Source of the DNA: a virus
DNA: 64,000 bases
IMG/VR virus record: IMGVR_UViG_3300046455_000477
Span: 1 to 64,000 of that record
Reading direction: 5' to 3' (one strand)
This document shows positions 47,509-55,992 of the stretch, piece after piece. The position numbers and the translations under genes are program-made. Within the stretch, counting starts at the first letter, position 1. The number at the start of each line of letters is the position of its first letter. Below the pieces are notes generated by a model. The model did not search any database and was not told the origin of the DNA. It was given only the letters and a program-made list of their open reading frames with translations.

Positions 47509-48528
47509 TTAGACTGCCACCTCGCTCACGCCGCCCTGCGGCCGGTCGATCGAGGATCGCCACCACCGCTTCCCCCCGCACTCGGCGCAGCGAAACCGCT
47601 GAGGGTTTGAGGTAGCTCTGCTTCCGTAGTCGCTGGCCTCCAACCACGCATGGGAACAGCCCGCAGCCGAGCCGTGGGATCGGGCCACCGCGTCGTGTAC
47701 CCAGTGGCCTCGGCGGTGATCCACCGGTCCCCTGCGGTCGCCCTGCGCCCCTTGCGGGGGTGACGGGTGCGGCGGGTAGACGCGGGGGACGAGGTGAGTG
47801 ACCGAGTGGTGGGGGGTCGTCCGGACGGAGCGACCGCCGCTGAACGTTCGCTTGGCGCTTATCTCCACCATGGTTGGACTGAACAGATCGCCCGTCAGCG
47901 CCCCGAGCAGAGCGATGATGTTCCGGAGGTCGGCCGAGCCCTCCTTCAGGATCGGGATGTTCAGGTCCGCGAGGTCGAACCCACCCTGAATCTTCAGGAG
48001 CCGCGCCGAGTGGTGATCCGCCAGGGAGCCCAGCAGCTCCGGCGGGAGTCGGTTAGCGGCCGAACCCCAGAGGTACTCGTCCGGATTCATTCGGATGATC
48101 TCTGCCATTCGGGCGCGATCCTCGGTTGCCCACGGAACGTGAAGCTTGTAGGCGACCGGCCAGATAACGGCTCCGGTCACCGTCGGCCCATCGGCAAAGC
48201 AGTAGACGTCGTCGCCGACGACCAGGTAGCCGACACGGGCGTCCATCGTTGGGCTTCCCGGATACCCGTTCGCTTTATTCCAGAACGCTCGGTTGTCGAC
48301 CTCCATCCACGTCGCCTGATGAGGTGAGCGGACGGTTGGGGCGATGGCGGCGATCAGCTCCGGGTGATCGTGGATCACCTGCCCGATCAGCTCGGAGGCG
48401 CGACTGTCGAAGACGTACTTCTCGGCTCTGTGGACGGCTTTGATGCCGTCCGGATATCTGGTTCCGTACTTTCCACCAAAGAATATCGGACGGGTCGTGA
48501 CCATGTCCGCGAGCGTCAGATTTGTCAT
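47509..48528 (-). CDS. Hypothetical protein with C-terminal H.RRGHW / CxxC motif
   Basis: GGAGG RBS; DHRRGHW...RCAECGGKRWW. Confidence 0.65.
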   Translation of the reverse strand: MTNLTLADMVTTRPIFFGGKYGTRYPDGIKAVHRAEKYVFDSRASELIGQVIHDHPELIAAIAPTVRSPHQATWMEVDNRAFWNKANGYPGSPTMDARVGYLVVGDDVYCFADGPTVTGAVIWPVAYKLHVPWATEDRARMAEIIRMNPDEYLWGSAANRLPPELLGSLADHHSARLLKIQGGFDLADLNIPILKEGSADLRNIIALLGALTGDLFSPTMVEISAKRTFSGGRSVRTTPHHSVTHLVPRVYPPHPSPPQGAQGDRRGPVDHRRGHWVHDAVARSHGSAAGCSHAWLEASDYGSRATSNPQRFRCAECGGKRWWRSSIDRPQGGVSEVAV

Positions 48529-48576
48529 GCAAGGCCTCCATGCGGAAACCGGGGGGCAAGCCCCCCGGTCGTTTCC

Positions 48577-49155
48577 TCAGCCAGCCGGAGTGATCTCGAT
48601 CCAGCCCTTGCGAACCGCCTTGCGGAGGGTGCGGCGAGCCTTGGAGCCGACGAGCTCGATGAACTCCCCGACGGTCATGCCAGACTTCAGGAGCGAGCGG
48701 CGGCGGAGGCTGTCGGAGCCGTCCCGACCGCTCCACGAGGTGGCGAGAACCGTGATGACGTCGTCGTGATCGGCGGTCTTGGCGCGGCTCGCGCCCTCCT
48801 CGTCGTCGTCGGCGTCGGCGTTCTCCATCTCGGCCTCGATTGCCTTCATCTCGTCCTCGAGGGTATTCACGTCGGCCTCGATGACGTCCAGCTCGGCCTT
48901 GATGGCGTCCAGCTCGGTTTCGTCGGCCTCGGCCTCGTCGTCACTGAGGTCTTCACAAGCGCAGAGGTTGCCCGACTCGTCGATGAAGAACTCGTCGGCG
49001 TGCTTGGAGAGGAAAGCCTCGATGAAGTCGCGAAGCTGTTCGGCCTTTTGGCGAGAGAGGGTCGACGCGGCGGGCGTCCGGTCCTCGTTGTGCTCGCAGA
49101 TCGTCTGAACGAGGGACACGAGAACGGGCTTGGAAGCGGTGCTGAGGTCGTACAC
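48577..49155 (-). CDS. Acidic coiled-coil protein with C-terminal GMTV-type domain
   Basis: GTG after CCGCCAGGAG; GS...R..L..GMTVGEF....G......GWIEI. Confidence 0.65.
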   Translation of the reverse strand: MYDLSTASKPVLVSLVQTICEHNEDRTPAASTLSRQKAEQLRDFIEAFLSKHADEFFIDESGNLCACEDLSDDEAEADETELDAIKAELDVIEADVNTLEDEMKAIEAEMENADADDDEEGASRAKTADHDDVITVLATSWSGRDGSDSLRRRSLLKSGMTVGEFIELVGSKARRTLRKAVRKGWIEITPAG

Positions 49156-49163
49156 GGCGAAGT

Positions 49164-49234
49164 CTCCTGGCGGAGGGTTAGGGGCCAAACCGGCCCGGTA
49201 GATGAGTTCTAACCGTCCTCGGGAGACCGCGAAA
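49164..49234 (-). promoter_or_regulatory. Promoter P7 (TTTCGC-N17-TAGAAC) + hairpin + CCGCCAGGAG
   Basis: Repeated leader. Confidence 0.7.
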
Positions 49235-49700
49235 GCAAATTCTGCGAAAGAATATTTCGTTCCTGGGGGTTGGTTAGGACGGCGGATATCTCCCGCCAGC
49301 TCCAGTTTGCCGGACCACCCTTCCAAACTCGGCCGCTGGCGGGAACATTATTCAGACCCCCGAGGGCGAGCGCCGCCGCGTGAGCTCCGCTCACTATGTA
49401 TAGTTGGTCGACGGGGTCGCCGCGCCGAGGTCCTCCGTCGTGTCGGCGGCGCACAGCGATCCATACGATCCCTCCGTGGCGGACGCGGCGGCTGATCCAG
49501 GCGACCTGGAGCGGGCGGAGGTCCACGGTGAAGCTGCTCGTCTCCTTGAACTCAATCCAGAACTCCGTTCCTGCGCTGCAGGAGTTCGAGTCCGGGATGC
49601 CGGGGGTTACTCCGCCGCTCTCCACAGCCACCCAGTCGAAATCGCGAAGCTGTTGGCGAAACAGTCCTCGCAGTCCTCCGTCGCGCTTGGTGGCCGTCAG
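49209..49700 (-). CDS. VRR-NUC/PD-(D/E)XK nuclease (Holliday-junction-resolvase-like); probable CTG start
   Basis: GIPD...WIEFK.....LRPLQVAW...R...GG motif. Confidence 0.75.
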   Translation of the reverse strand: MTATKRDGGLRGLFRQQLRDFDWVAVESGGVTPGIPDSNSCSAGTEFWIEFKETSSFTVDLRPLQVAWISRRVRHGGIVWIAVRRRHDGGPRRGDPVDQLYIVSGAHAAALALGGLNNVPASGRVWKGGPANWSWREISAVLTNPQERNILSQNLLSRSPEDG

Positions 49701-49882
49701 ATCAGCTCCTTCTCCTTGGCGAGCCAAACGGGTATCACCATGACACCCTGTTCCTTGTCCCACTCGCACTGAGACTTGGGGAGCCACACGAGCCGGAGGC
49801 CGTCCGAGAACCTCCAGGCTTTCTCGGTCTCGACCGTTATCTCTCCGGCTATGTCGACGAGAACCTTTTCCTTGGCCATCAC
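49697..49882 (-). CDS. Small hypothetical protein (ETEKA...WLPKSQ...P.WLA.EK family)
   Basis: Recognisable phage motif; overlaps the polymerase stop. Confidence 0.65.
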   Translation of the reverse strand: MMAKEKVLVDIAGEITVETEKAWRFSDGLRLVWLPKSQCEWDKEQGVMVIPVWLAKEKELI

Positions 49883-51825
49883 GCGAGAACCTTTCTGTAG
49901 TCTGTCTTAGCCTTGCCCCAGGTGCTGCCAACTTCTAGGTCCACGGTCACGGGCATCACGAGCTTGACCGCGTCGATCATCAGCTCGCCTATCGTCTCCA
50001 CCTCTCGGGCAGTACCCACCGACGCCCCGATCTCGTCGTGTAGGGTGACCAGGGGGACGATACCGGCCCGATGGATAGCGACCATGGCCCGCTTCACCTG
50101 TCGCGCGGCGGAACCCTGAATAACGCTGTTGCCTGCCTGATAGGCGAAGGCGCGCTCCAGCGGCTGATCGGGCCACCGCCGCTCAGCCTCCTCCCGGTAG
50201 GCAAATCCCCCGGGAACGCGGTGCTTCTTCGGTTGCCAGAGCGGATAGTGCCGACGAGCGCCGTCTATCATCCGAACGAACCCGTTCACCTTGGCCTGAT
50301 GCTCGGCGCACTTGGATATTCCGGAGATGTACGGGATACGGGCGTGATACAGATTCCACAGCTCCGCCGCCTCCTCCTCGGGTTTGTTAAGGTGAACGGC
50401 GAGCAGCTTTGCCGACATTCGGTAGGTCAGTCCCTGGTTCAGGTCCTTGGCCTCCCTTCGGGTCAGGCCGAGGACCTTTGCCCCGAGGGAGTGGAAGTCC
50501 GGGTCCGGGTCCGTTCGGTAGTAGCGGACGACGCCCTCGATGTCCCCCATCTCTATCCCGAGGCGCTTGGCGAGGTTCCTGCACTTGTAGGCATAGTGGA
50601 CGTTGAGGCGCGGCTCCTGACTCTTGAAGTCGGCGCTCAGCCAGTGCTGGCCATTCTCCGGTAGAAAGGCGTTGCGGACCAGCGGAGCGAGGACCTCGTC
50701 CCGGCTCGGCATCTGCTGGAGCGGGGGATTGGAGTACGAGAAGCGGTGCGTCACTGCCCTGAGCTGACGTATCTCGGCGTGGACGCGGCCCATCGTCTGG
50801 TAGTCCCGGATGTAGAACCCTAGGAACTTCTCGTGAAGATCGTGGAGCTGCCTGACGCGCCGGACCTTCCTGCCGAGCGGGTGAGTGAGCCTGTCCAGCC
50901 ACTGAGCCTGAAACGATGGAGCGTTCGTCTTTGCGGTGCGGGGATACGCGATACCCTCCTCGTCGAACAGCTTGGACAGCCGCTCGGCGGAGCGCAGGTC
51001 CTCGATCGTGCAGCCACCGCGCCAGGGGACCGTGATGGTGGACATAACCTCCTCCTCCATCCGCCGAACCTGATCCATTGCCGCGTTCACGCCATCCATG
51101 GAAACCCTGATGCCGCGCCGACGCATGGCGTTCGTTACTGGGTAGAGATCCATCTCGGTGCGGTAGGCTTCGACCGTGTCCTCCTCCACAATCGTCGGCC
51201 AGAGAACCCTGCAGAGCCGTAGTGTGGAGGCCGCGTCCTGCTCGGCGTAGGGACCGACGTAGCGCGCCGGTAGACGGTGAATACCCGCCTTGACGTTCTT
51301 GTGGATTCCTGCGGACGCGGCTGCCTCGCGCAGAAGCGTCTCGTCCTTCCCGAGGATACCGGCGCGGGCGCAGCATGCGTCCAGGCTGTAGGACTGGTGG
51401 TTCTCGTCGGCGATGAAGGCCATCGTACCGCCATCCTCGGCCCGCTCCGGCCAGACGCTGCATCCGTGAGTCTGGAGCCATCCCATGTCGTACGATATGT
51501 TGAAAAAGTGGACGCGACAGTGCCGAAGAAGGTGCTCAACCCAGGCGATAACCTCCTCCATGGGGCGGTTCTCCGTTTCCGGGTGCCTCACCGGAACGTA
51601 GATGGCCTGATCACCCCAGGCCACCGACACGCCGCAGAGGTGTCCGTTACGGTCCACCCAGCCCGGACCCCGCTCCTGGGCGAGACCCCGGTCGTAGGTC
51701 TCCGTGTCCAGGCCGATGTCTATGCCCGACAGCATGGGAAGCGGACCCTGGGGCGGCTTCCAGCTCGACTCAGGGACGAACAGGGACCGCTGCCCCTCCG
51801 CCCACAGGGTTCGGGTGGACGTCAC
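49879..51825 (-). CDS. polA: DNA polymerase family A with 3'-5' exonuclease domain
   Basis: DTET exo I, YAEQDA, RFSYSNPPLQQ, ADFKSQEPR (motif A), AK..N.G..Y (motif B), QGSAA and LHDEI (motif C); GTG start overlapping the upstream stop. Confidence 0.92.
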   Translation of the reverse strand: MTSTRTLWAEGQRSLFVPESSWKPPQGPLPMLSGIDIGLDTETYDRGLAQERGPGWVDRNGHLCGVSVAWGDQAIYVPVRHPETENRPMEEVIAWVEHLLRHCRVHFFNISYDMGWLQTHGCSVWPERAEDGGTMAFIADENHQSYSLDACCARAGILGKDETLLREAAASAGIHKNVKAGIHRLPARYVGPYAEQDAASTLRLCRVLWPTIVEEDTVEAYRTEMDLYPVTNAMRRRGIRVSMDGVNAAMDQVRRMEEEVMSTITVPWRGGCTIEDLRSAERLSKLFDEEGIAYPRTAKTNAPSFQAQWLDRLTHPLGRKVRRVRQLHDLHEKFLGFYIRDYQTMGRVHAEIRQLRAVTHRFSYSNPPLQQMPSRDEVLAPLVRNAFLPENGQHWLSADFKSQEPRLNVHYAYKCRNLAKRLGIEMGDIEGVVRYYRTDPDPDFHSLGAKVLGLTRREAKDLNQGLTYRMSAKLLAVHLNKPEEEAAELWNLYHARIPYISGISKCAEHQAKVNGFVRMIDGARRHYPLWQPKKHRVPGGFAYREEAERRWPDQPLERAFAYQAGNSVIQGSAARQVKRAMVAIHRAGIVPLVTLHDEIGASVGTAREVETIGELMIDAVKLVMPVTVDLEVGSTWGKAKTDYRKVLA

Positions 51826-52838
51826 TTCGTTTCTCCACCCGTCCGCGTCTTTATCCACTGGATCGCCGCCTCCCTCCAGTCCGTGTGAACGACGTCCCCG
51901 CAGAGCATCAGTGCTGTGTTCCACTTCTTCTCGCGTATCGCATCGTGCACGAGGGACACGGGAACTAGCAGGTTCCTGAAGAGGGCCGACCGTCCGGGGG
52001 GCTCCCCGCTGGGCTTCTCCAGCCAGGCGTCCAGCTCCTGCGCAAACGTGACCGGATAGCAGTCAGCAAACAGCGGTGATGCAGCCACCCGCCCGTCCGC
52101 GTAGAGATCCCCCCGGTCATCGTGCCGGTCGTAGAGGTGGAGCGTGTTCTCGTAGGCGTGGAGGTTGTGACTGAACTGATTGAAGCACCCGACAACGGTC
52201 CCGAGCCGCCAGGCCAGATACTCCTGCAGCACCGTGAAGTGAACCGCGTTCGCGCCGTAGGCTCCCCATATAGCGTCGTTGGATCGGCAGCAGACGGTGA
52301 GATCCAGAGCGGAAACGCCGCCCTTCTCCATTATCCTCAGGTAGATCGTCGTGTTGCAGGGGATATCCGGGGGGGCGGAAACGCCGGATGCAGTGGAGTC
52401 CAGGCTCGGATCGTACATCTGTATCACTGCGCGGCGGGAGCCAGGATCGTTTCGCAGGTGATCGACGACCCACTCTATCTGGTCGAAGTCCTCGCAGCCG
52501 CGCCCGACCCAGTTTCGCCAGCGGTGACCGTAGGCTCCGTGCAGAACTCCGTTGTCCGCGAACCGTTGGCCGAAGTCGCTGACGTATCGGTCCAGGAACG
52601 CCGCGTCACGCCTTCCGGCCAGCATCCACATCGCCTCGAAGAGGTGGAAGAATGGGTTGGCTCGCCGCTTGCGATTGAACAGAACCCGCTCCGTGGGCCT
52701 CCGGTATATCGTTAACACCGGCTTCGGATAGACGATGGCCCGACCGTTTCGGGTGTTCTCCCACTTCCCCGAAACGAGAAGCTCCTCCATCATTACGGAG
52801 AAAACGTCGTTGACGTTTCGTTGAGTAAACGTACTCAT
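51822..52838 (-). CDS. Thymidylate-synthase-family enzyme, probably dUMP hydroxymethylase
   Basis: NPFFHLFE, DIPCN catalytic Cys, RSND..WG...N and NLHAY motifs; clustered with hmU-kinase-like genes. Confidence 0.8.
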   Translation of the reverse strand: MSTFTQRNVNDVFSVMMEELLVSGKWENTRNGRAIVYPKPVLTIYRRPTERVLFNRKRRANPFFHLFEAMWMLAGRRDAAFLDRYVSDFGQRFADNGVLHGAYGHRWRNWVGRGCEDFDQIEWVVDHLRNDPGSRRAVIQMYDPSLDSTASGVSAPPDIPCNTTIYLRIMEKGGVSALDLTVCCRSNDAIWGAYGANAVHFTVLQEYLAWRLGTVVGCFNQFSHNLHAYENTLHLYDRHDDRGDLYADGRVAASPLFADCYPVTFAQELDAWLEKPSGEPPGRSALFRNLLVPVSLVHDAIREKKWNTALMLCGDVVHTDWREAAIQWIKTRTGGETK

Positions 52839-52929
52839 GACTCCATTCCTCTTCAACCCGGTTACTCTACGCCTCCACGGTCTCATGACTCCATTCCTCT
52901 CCAACCCGGTTACTCTACGCCTCCACGGT
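52834..52929. repeat. 48-bp tandem duplication (2 copies, 1 mismatch)
   Basis: CTCATGACTCCATTCCTCT(T/C)CAACCCGGTTACTCTACGCCTCCACGGT at 52834 and 52882. Confidence 0.95.
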
Positions 52930-53616
52930 CTCCTGCGCTAGGACTGATCCGTAGAGGCGGACAACCTGAGAGGCGTGACTGCTCCTGCCTATCGTCGACC
53001 ATATGTGGACACACGCCCGGTGCTCGATATCACTGCAGCGTCGGACAACGCTACAGGAGCTCATTGGTATGGTTTCCGCGAGCCTGTCCGCAATACCAAC
53101 AACGTCTTGTTCGTACCAAGCAACGGTCAGTGTTTCACCGGAGGCAACCTCCACGACGTCCCCGCAGCGCGGCGGCTCCTTCTCCTCGCAGTATCGGAGG
53201 ACGTCGCTCAGGAATACTCCAACGGCTAGCCGAACCAGCGGATCGTTGTACTCGTGGTTCCGGCCGCTCGGGTGCGGTATCGTTGCCCAGGTTCCCTTCC
53301 ACACGAGCGGGGGGTTCCTAAATCCAAAGGCGTTGGTGGCGTCGGTTCCAACGAGTATCACGATACGGTTCCGTATCATCGTCTCAAGCCACTCCGCACG
53401 CTCGCGTGCTCCGGCCCGGTAGTCGCGGGGGAGCACCCTGTCCGTCAGAAGGTTGTTCCGCTGCGTGCGCTGCAGCCAGTTCTCCATGCTGATGCCGGAG
53501 ACGGTGTTCACCATGCTCCACAGACGATACCCGGCCGACTTCCGATCGTGAGGATGGAAGGCCATCCTAGGGTCGCTGCTCTGGGGATTATTGATGCCAA
53601 GCAGGTATGGTCTCAC
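52915..53616 (-). CDS. Uracil-DNA-glycosylase-superfamily-like protein with an extra C-terminal domain
   Basis: SAG.RL, ILVG..A..AFG and IPHPSGRN..YN motifs. Confidence 0.6.
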   Translation of the reverse strand: MRPYLLGINNPQSSDPRMAFHPHDRKSAGYRLWSMVNTVSGISMENWLQRTQRNNLLTDRVLPRDYRAGARERAEWLETMIRNRIVILVGTDATNAFGFRNPPLVWKGTWATIPHPSGRNHEYNDPLVRLAVGVFLSDVLRYCEEKEPPRCGDVVEVASGETLTVAWYEQDVVGIADRLAETIPMSSCSVVRRCSDIEHRACVHIWSTIGRSSHASQVVRLYGSVLAQETVEA

Positions 53617-54182
53617 AGTATGACTCCCTGTTCTCGCAGCCAGACGACGGCGGTCTCCCTGCAGCCCTCGGTTACGTGAACGCCCATCCGACGGAACCGA
53701 GGTGGATGAAGCCGAAGCGTCCGGTGGCGGTCGGCCGTTGTCTTAGGGTTTAGTGGTGACGTGTTGCCCTTGGCCGAGCGGCGAGCGACGACGCCGTCCA
53801 AGCACTCCTGCAGCGTTAGATTGAAGTAGAACAGACGAACATCGAAGCCCTCCCTGTGAAGGTCCGCTGTTCTGTTCTGCTCACAGCTCAGTATCAGACC
53901 CTCGAAGAACACGTCGTAGAGTCCGTGCAGCTCTCTGGCAAGCTCGAACCACTTGTCGACGCCGCTGATAGTGTCGCACCCCCCGGTCGCGCTCTCGTAG
54001 TGCCCAAGTAGAGCGATGCCACGCTGACCAATACTCAGTGGCTCCCTCGTGTAATACAGGGGCTGCTTTCGCCCTTTAGTGTGAAATGGCTCGGCTGGAG
54101 CGTAGACTCCCTCGGAGTGGAGGACACGCTTCGCGACCGTAGTCTTTCCGGAACCCGATGTGCCACGAACTGATAGTATCAC
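53613..54182 (-). CDS. P-loop nucleotide kinase associated with base modification
   Basis: RGTSGSGKTT Walker A; LG.YE...GGCDTI; FEGL. Confidence 0.8.
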   Translation of the reverse strand: MILSVRGTSGSGKTTVAKRVLHSEGVYAPAEPFHTKGRKQPLYYTREPLSIGQRGIALLGHYESATGGCDTISGVDKWFELARELHGLYDVFFEGLILSCEQNRTADLHREGFDVRLFYFNLTLQECLDGVVARRSAKGNTSPLNPKTTADRHRTLRLHPPRFRRMGVHVTEGCRETAVVWLREQGVIL

Positions 54183-54240
54183 CGGCTGTCTCCTAGTTTG
54201 AGCCGGAGCTATAGTAGCGCGTCCATTCCTCCTGGGCTAG

Positions 54241-55173
54241 TCAAACCCTGGAGGTGAACCTTCGGCGGGTTCCCTGGCCCGTTACCCGAACCCTGATGTA
54301 CTTGAAGTACTCGCAGAGCGTGTGCTCGATGTCCCGCATCTCCAGAGCCAGGTGGCTGCTGGGCCAGTGCCTCGTGAGCCTGGAGAGCTCCAGCAGCTCC
54401 CTCATCTCGGCCACGGTTTGCTCACTTTTCAGCTTTACGTTGTACTGGTACTTCATCGTCGGTTTGCGAGGGTTTCTCACCTGTCTGTCTGACAGGTAAT
54501 TCAGTCCTCGCTGAGCGCCGGGACCGGGGTTCGCCCACGTCATGATGTCCGGCGCATTCTCCAGCAGAGCCGTGTGACGAAGGTCGGTCGTAATCTCGTA
54601 AGCCAGAAACCCGCCCAGGAAGGGAATCTCCGCCAGGAGGTTCGTGAAACTCTCCAGATTGTAAAGTCCATCCCTCACCCTATCCGCTGTATCCCGCCAC
54701 TTGCCCGCGTTGTGGAAGTCGGCGCACAGCCGGGATACTCCGTTCAGCTTGTCCATGCCATCCGGGCTGCGTATCATGTAGGAGCCTGTCACCCACGGAC
54801 CATCCGGATAAACGCGACGTATCGGGGCCGACAGGTCGTGGGCCCGACCACCCTCCAGGAAGTGCTCCCACGGCACCCGGTTCGTCATAAGATCGGGCTG
54901 CTGGAAGACGATCTGGCCGATCTCCGTTTTGTTAAACCACCGAAACACTACCGTTGCCAGAAGCACCTCCGGTGTGTCCCGAAGCCTGTTCCGGACGTTC
55001 TCCCGGAACCAGACGGTGGTCGCGTCCAGTTCCCGATAAACGTTGGTGAAGCGGTTCTCCAGAAGGATGGGATCCTCCGTCCACGGCGGCGGGAGACCGC
55101 TCCGGCGGCGCAGGTACACGTCGTGGCGCTCTCTCGCGAACGCGAAGAAGTCGTTGACCCGCTCCGGCTTCAT
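54241..55173 (-). CDS. aGPT-Pplase1 / 5-hmdU DNA kinase helical-domain-like protein
   Basis: ERH..Y.RR..G.P.PWT.DPIL...RFTNVYRELD, FRWFN, GPGA.RGL and EHTLCEY.KY motifs; start may be 55173 or 55218. Confidence 0.8.
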   Translation of the reverse strand: MKPERVNDFFAFARERHDVYLRRRSGLPPPWTEDPILLENRFTNVYRELDATTVWFRENVRNRLRDTPEVLLATVVFRWFNKTEIGQIVFQQPDLMTNRVPWEHFLEGGRAHDLSAPIRRVYPDGPWVTGSYMIRSPDGMDKLNGVSRLCADFHNAGKWRDTADRVRDGLYNLESFTNLLAEIPFLGGFLAYEITTDLRHTALLENAPDIMTWANPGPGAQRGLNYLSDRQVRNPRKPTMKYQYNVKLKSEQTVAEMRELLELSRLTRHWPSSHLALEMRDIEHTLCEYFKYIRVRVTGQGTRRRFTSRV

Positions 55174-55281
55174 GGAGTACCCCCAGAATAGGTGCCCCCC
55201 GGCTGTCTCGTCTGGCACGAGGACCGGGGGGCGTGCGGGCGAGCCGTGCTGCCAAGGCCAAAGCTCGCCTACGCTGCGGAG

Positions 55282-55983
55282 CTAGGCGGTTGCCGTCTCC
55301 TCTTCGTCAGCCTCAGCAGCCTCCGGACGAGGCGGCGGAGGCGGGTTCAGAACGATGAAGCCCTTGTCGTGCATAGCCTCCAGGTAGCGTGCTGCGACAC
55401 CAGCCTTGACCGCTTCGGTCGCCGTCATGCCCTGCTTCAGCTTCAGGAAGCGACCGGCTCGGTTGGAGTCCGCCCGATACGGGAGGTTCTCGGCACCGTA
55501 GGGCCTGCCCTCCTTGTCCGCGCCGAAGTTTATGCTCGCCGTCGGGTCGACGTTGCCGGTTCTCGGCGTGGACGTGGTTTCGTTGGTTGTGCCTGCTTCG
55601 CTCATGCTCCTAGTCTCCTTTCTGCCGTTATTCAATGCGGTCCTGTCTGCCTTCACGATATCCAGGATCTCACCGAGCGTGTCCGGTGGATCCGTTGCCC
55701 GCTCGCACAGTAGCCTCCATATATCCGGAGCCGACTTGTCGCGAGCCAGTCTTGCCTCCGTTACGCCGAGGTGGACCATCGCTTCCTGCAGTATCTGGTT
55801 CTGATAACCGGCGGCACGCATCAGCTTCGTCCACTCCAATCGGTTGTACAGTCTCAGCAGATCATCCGGACTCTCGATGATCGCGTCTCCGTACTGAACG
55901 ACCGGGTGAAGGAACGCATCCCTTTCGCTCTGGAACTTAAGGATGGCGCCGAACCCGCCGCGTGTCACTGCTATACAGACCAT
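55282..55983 (-). CDS. Hypothetical protein with C-terminal GMT-type domain; internal in-frame start at 55605
   Basis: PYR..S....RF....GMT..EA...G......KGFI; AAGGAGACTAGGAGC precedes the internal ATG. Confidence 0.6.
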   Translation of the reverse strand: MVCIAVTRGGFGAILKFQSERDAFLHPVVQYGDAIIESPDDLLRLYNRLEWTKLMRAAGYQNQILQEAMVHLGVTEARLARDKSAPDIWRLLCERATDPPDTLGEILDIVKADRTALNNGRKETRSMSEAGTTNETTSTPRTGNVDPTASINFGADKEGRPYGAENLPYRADSNRAGRFLKLKQGMTATEAVKAGVAARYLEAMHDKGFIVLNPPPPPRPEAAEADEEETATA

Positions 55984-55992
55984 AACTCGCTC

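Noticed and set aside
41238-49260. Repeated motifs as a CRISPR array or integron attC array
   Set aside because: The repeats are degenerate, spaced by whole genes, and sit at gene 5' ends with promoter/RBS geometry. No cas or integrase gene is present.
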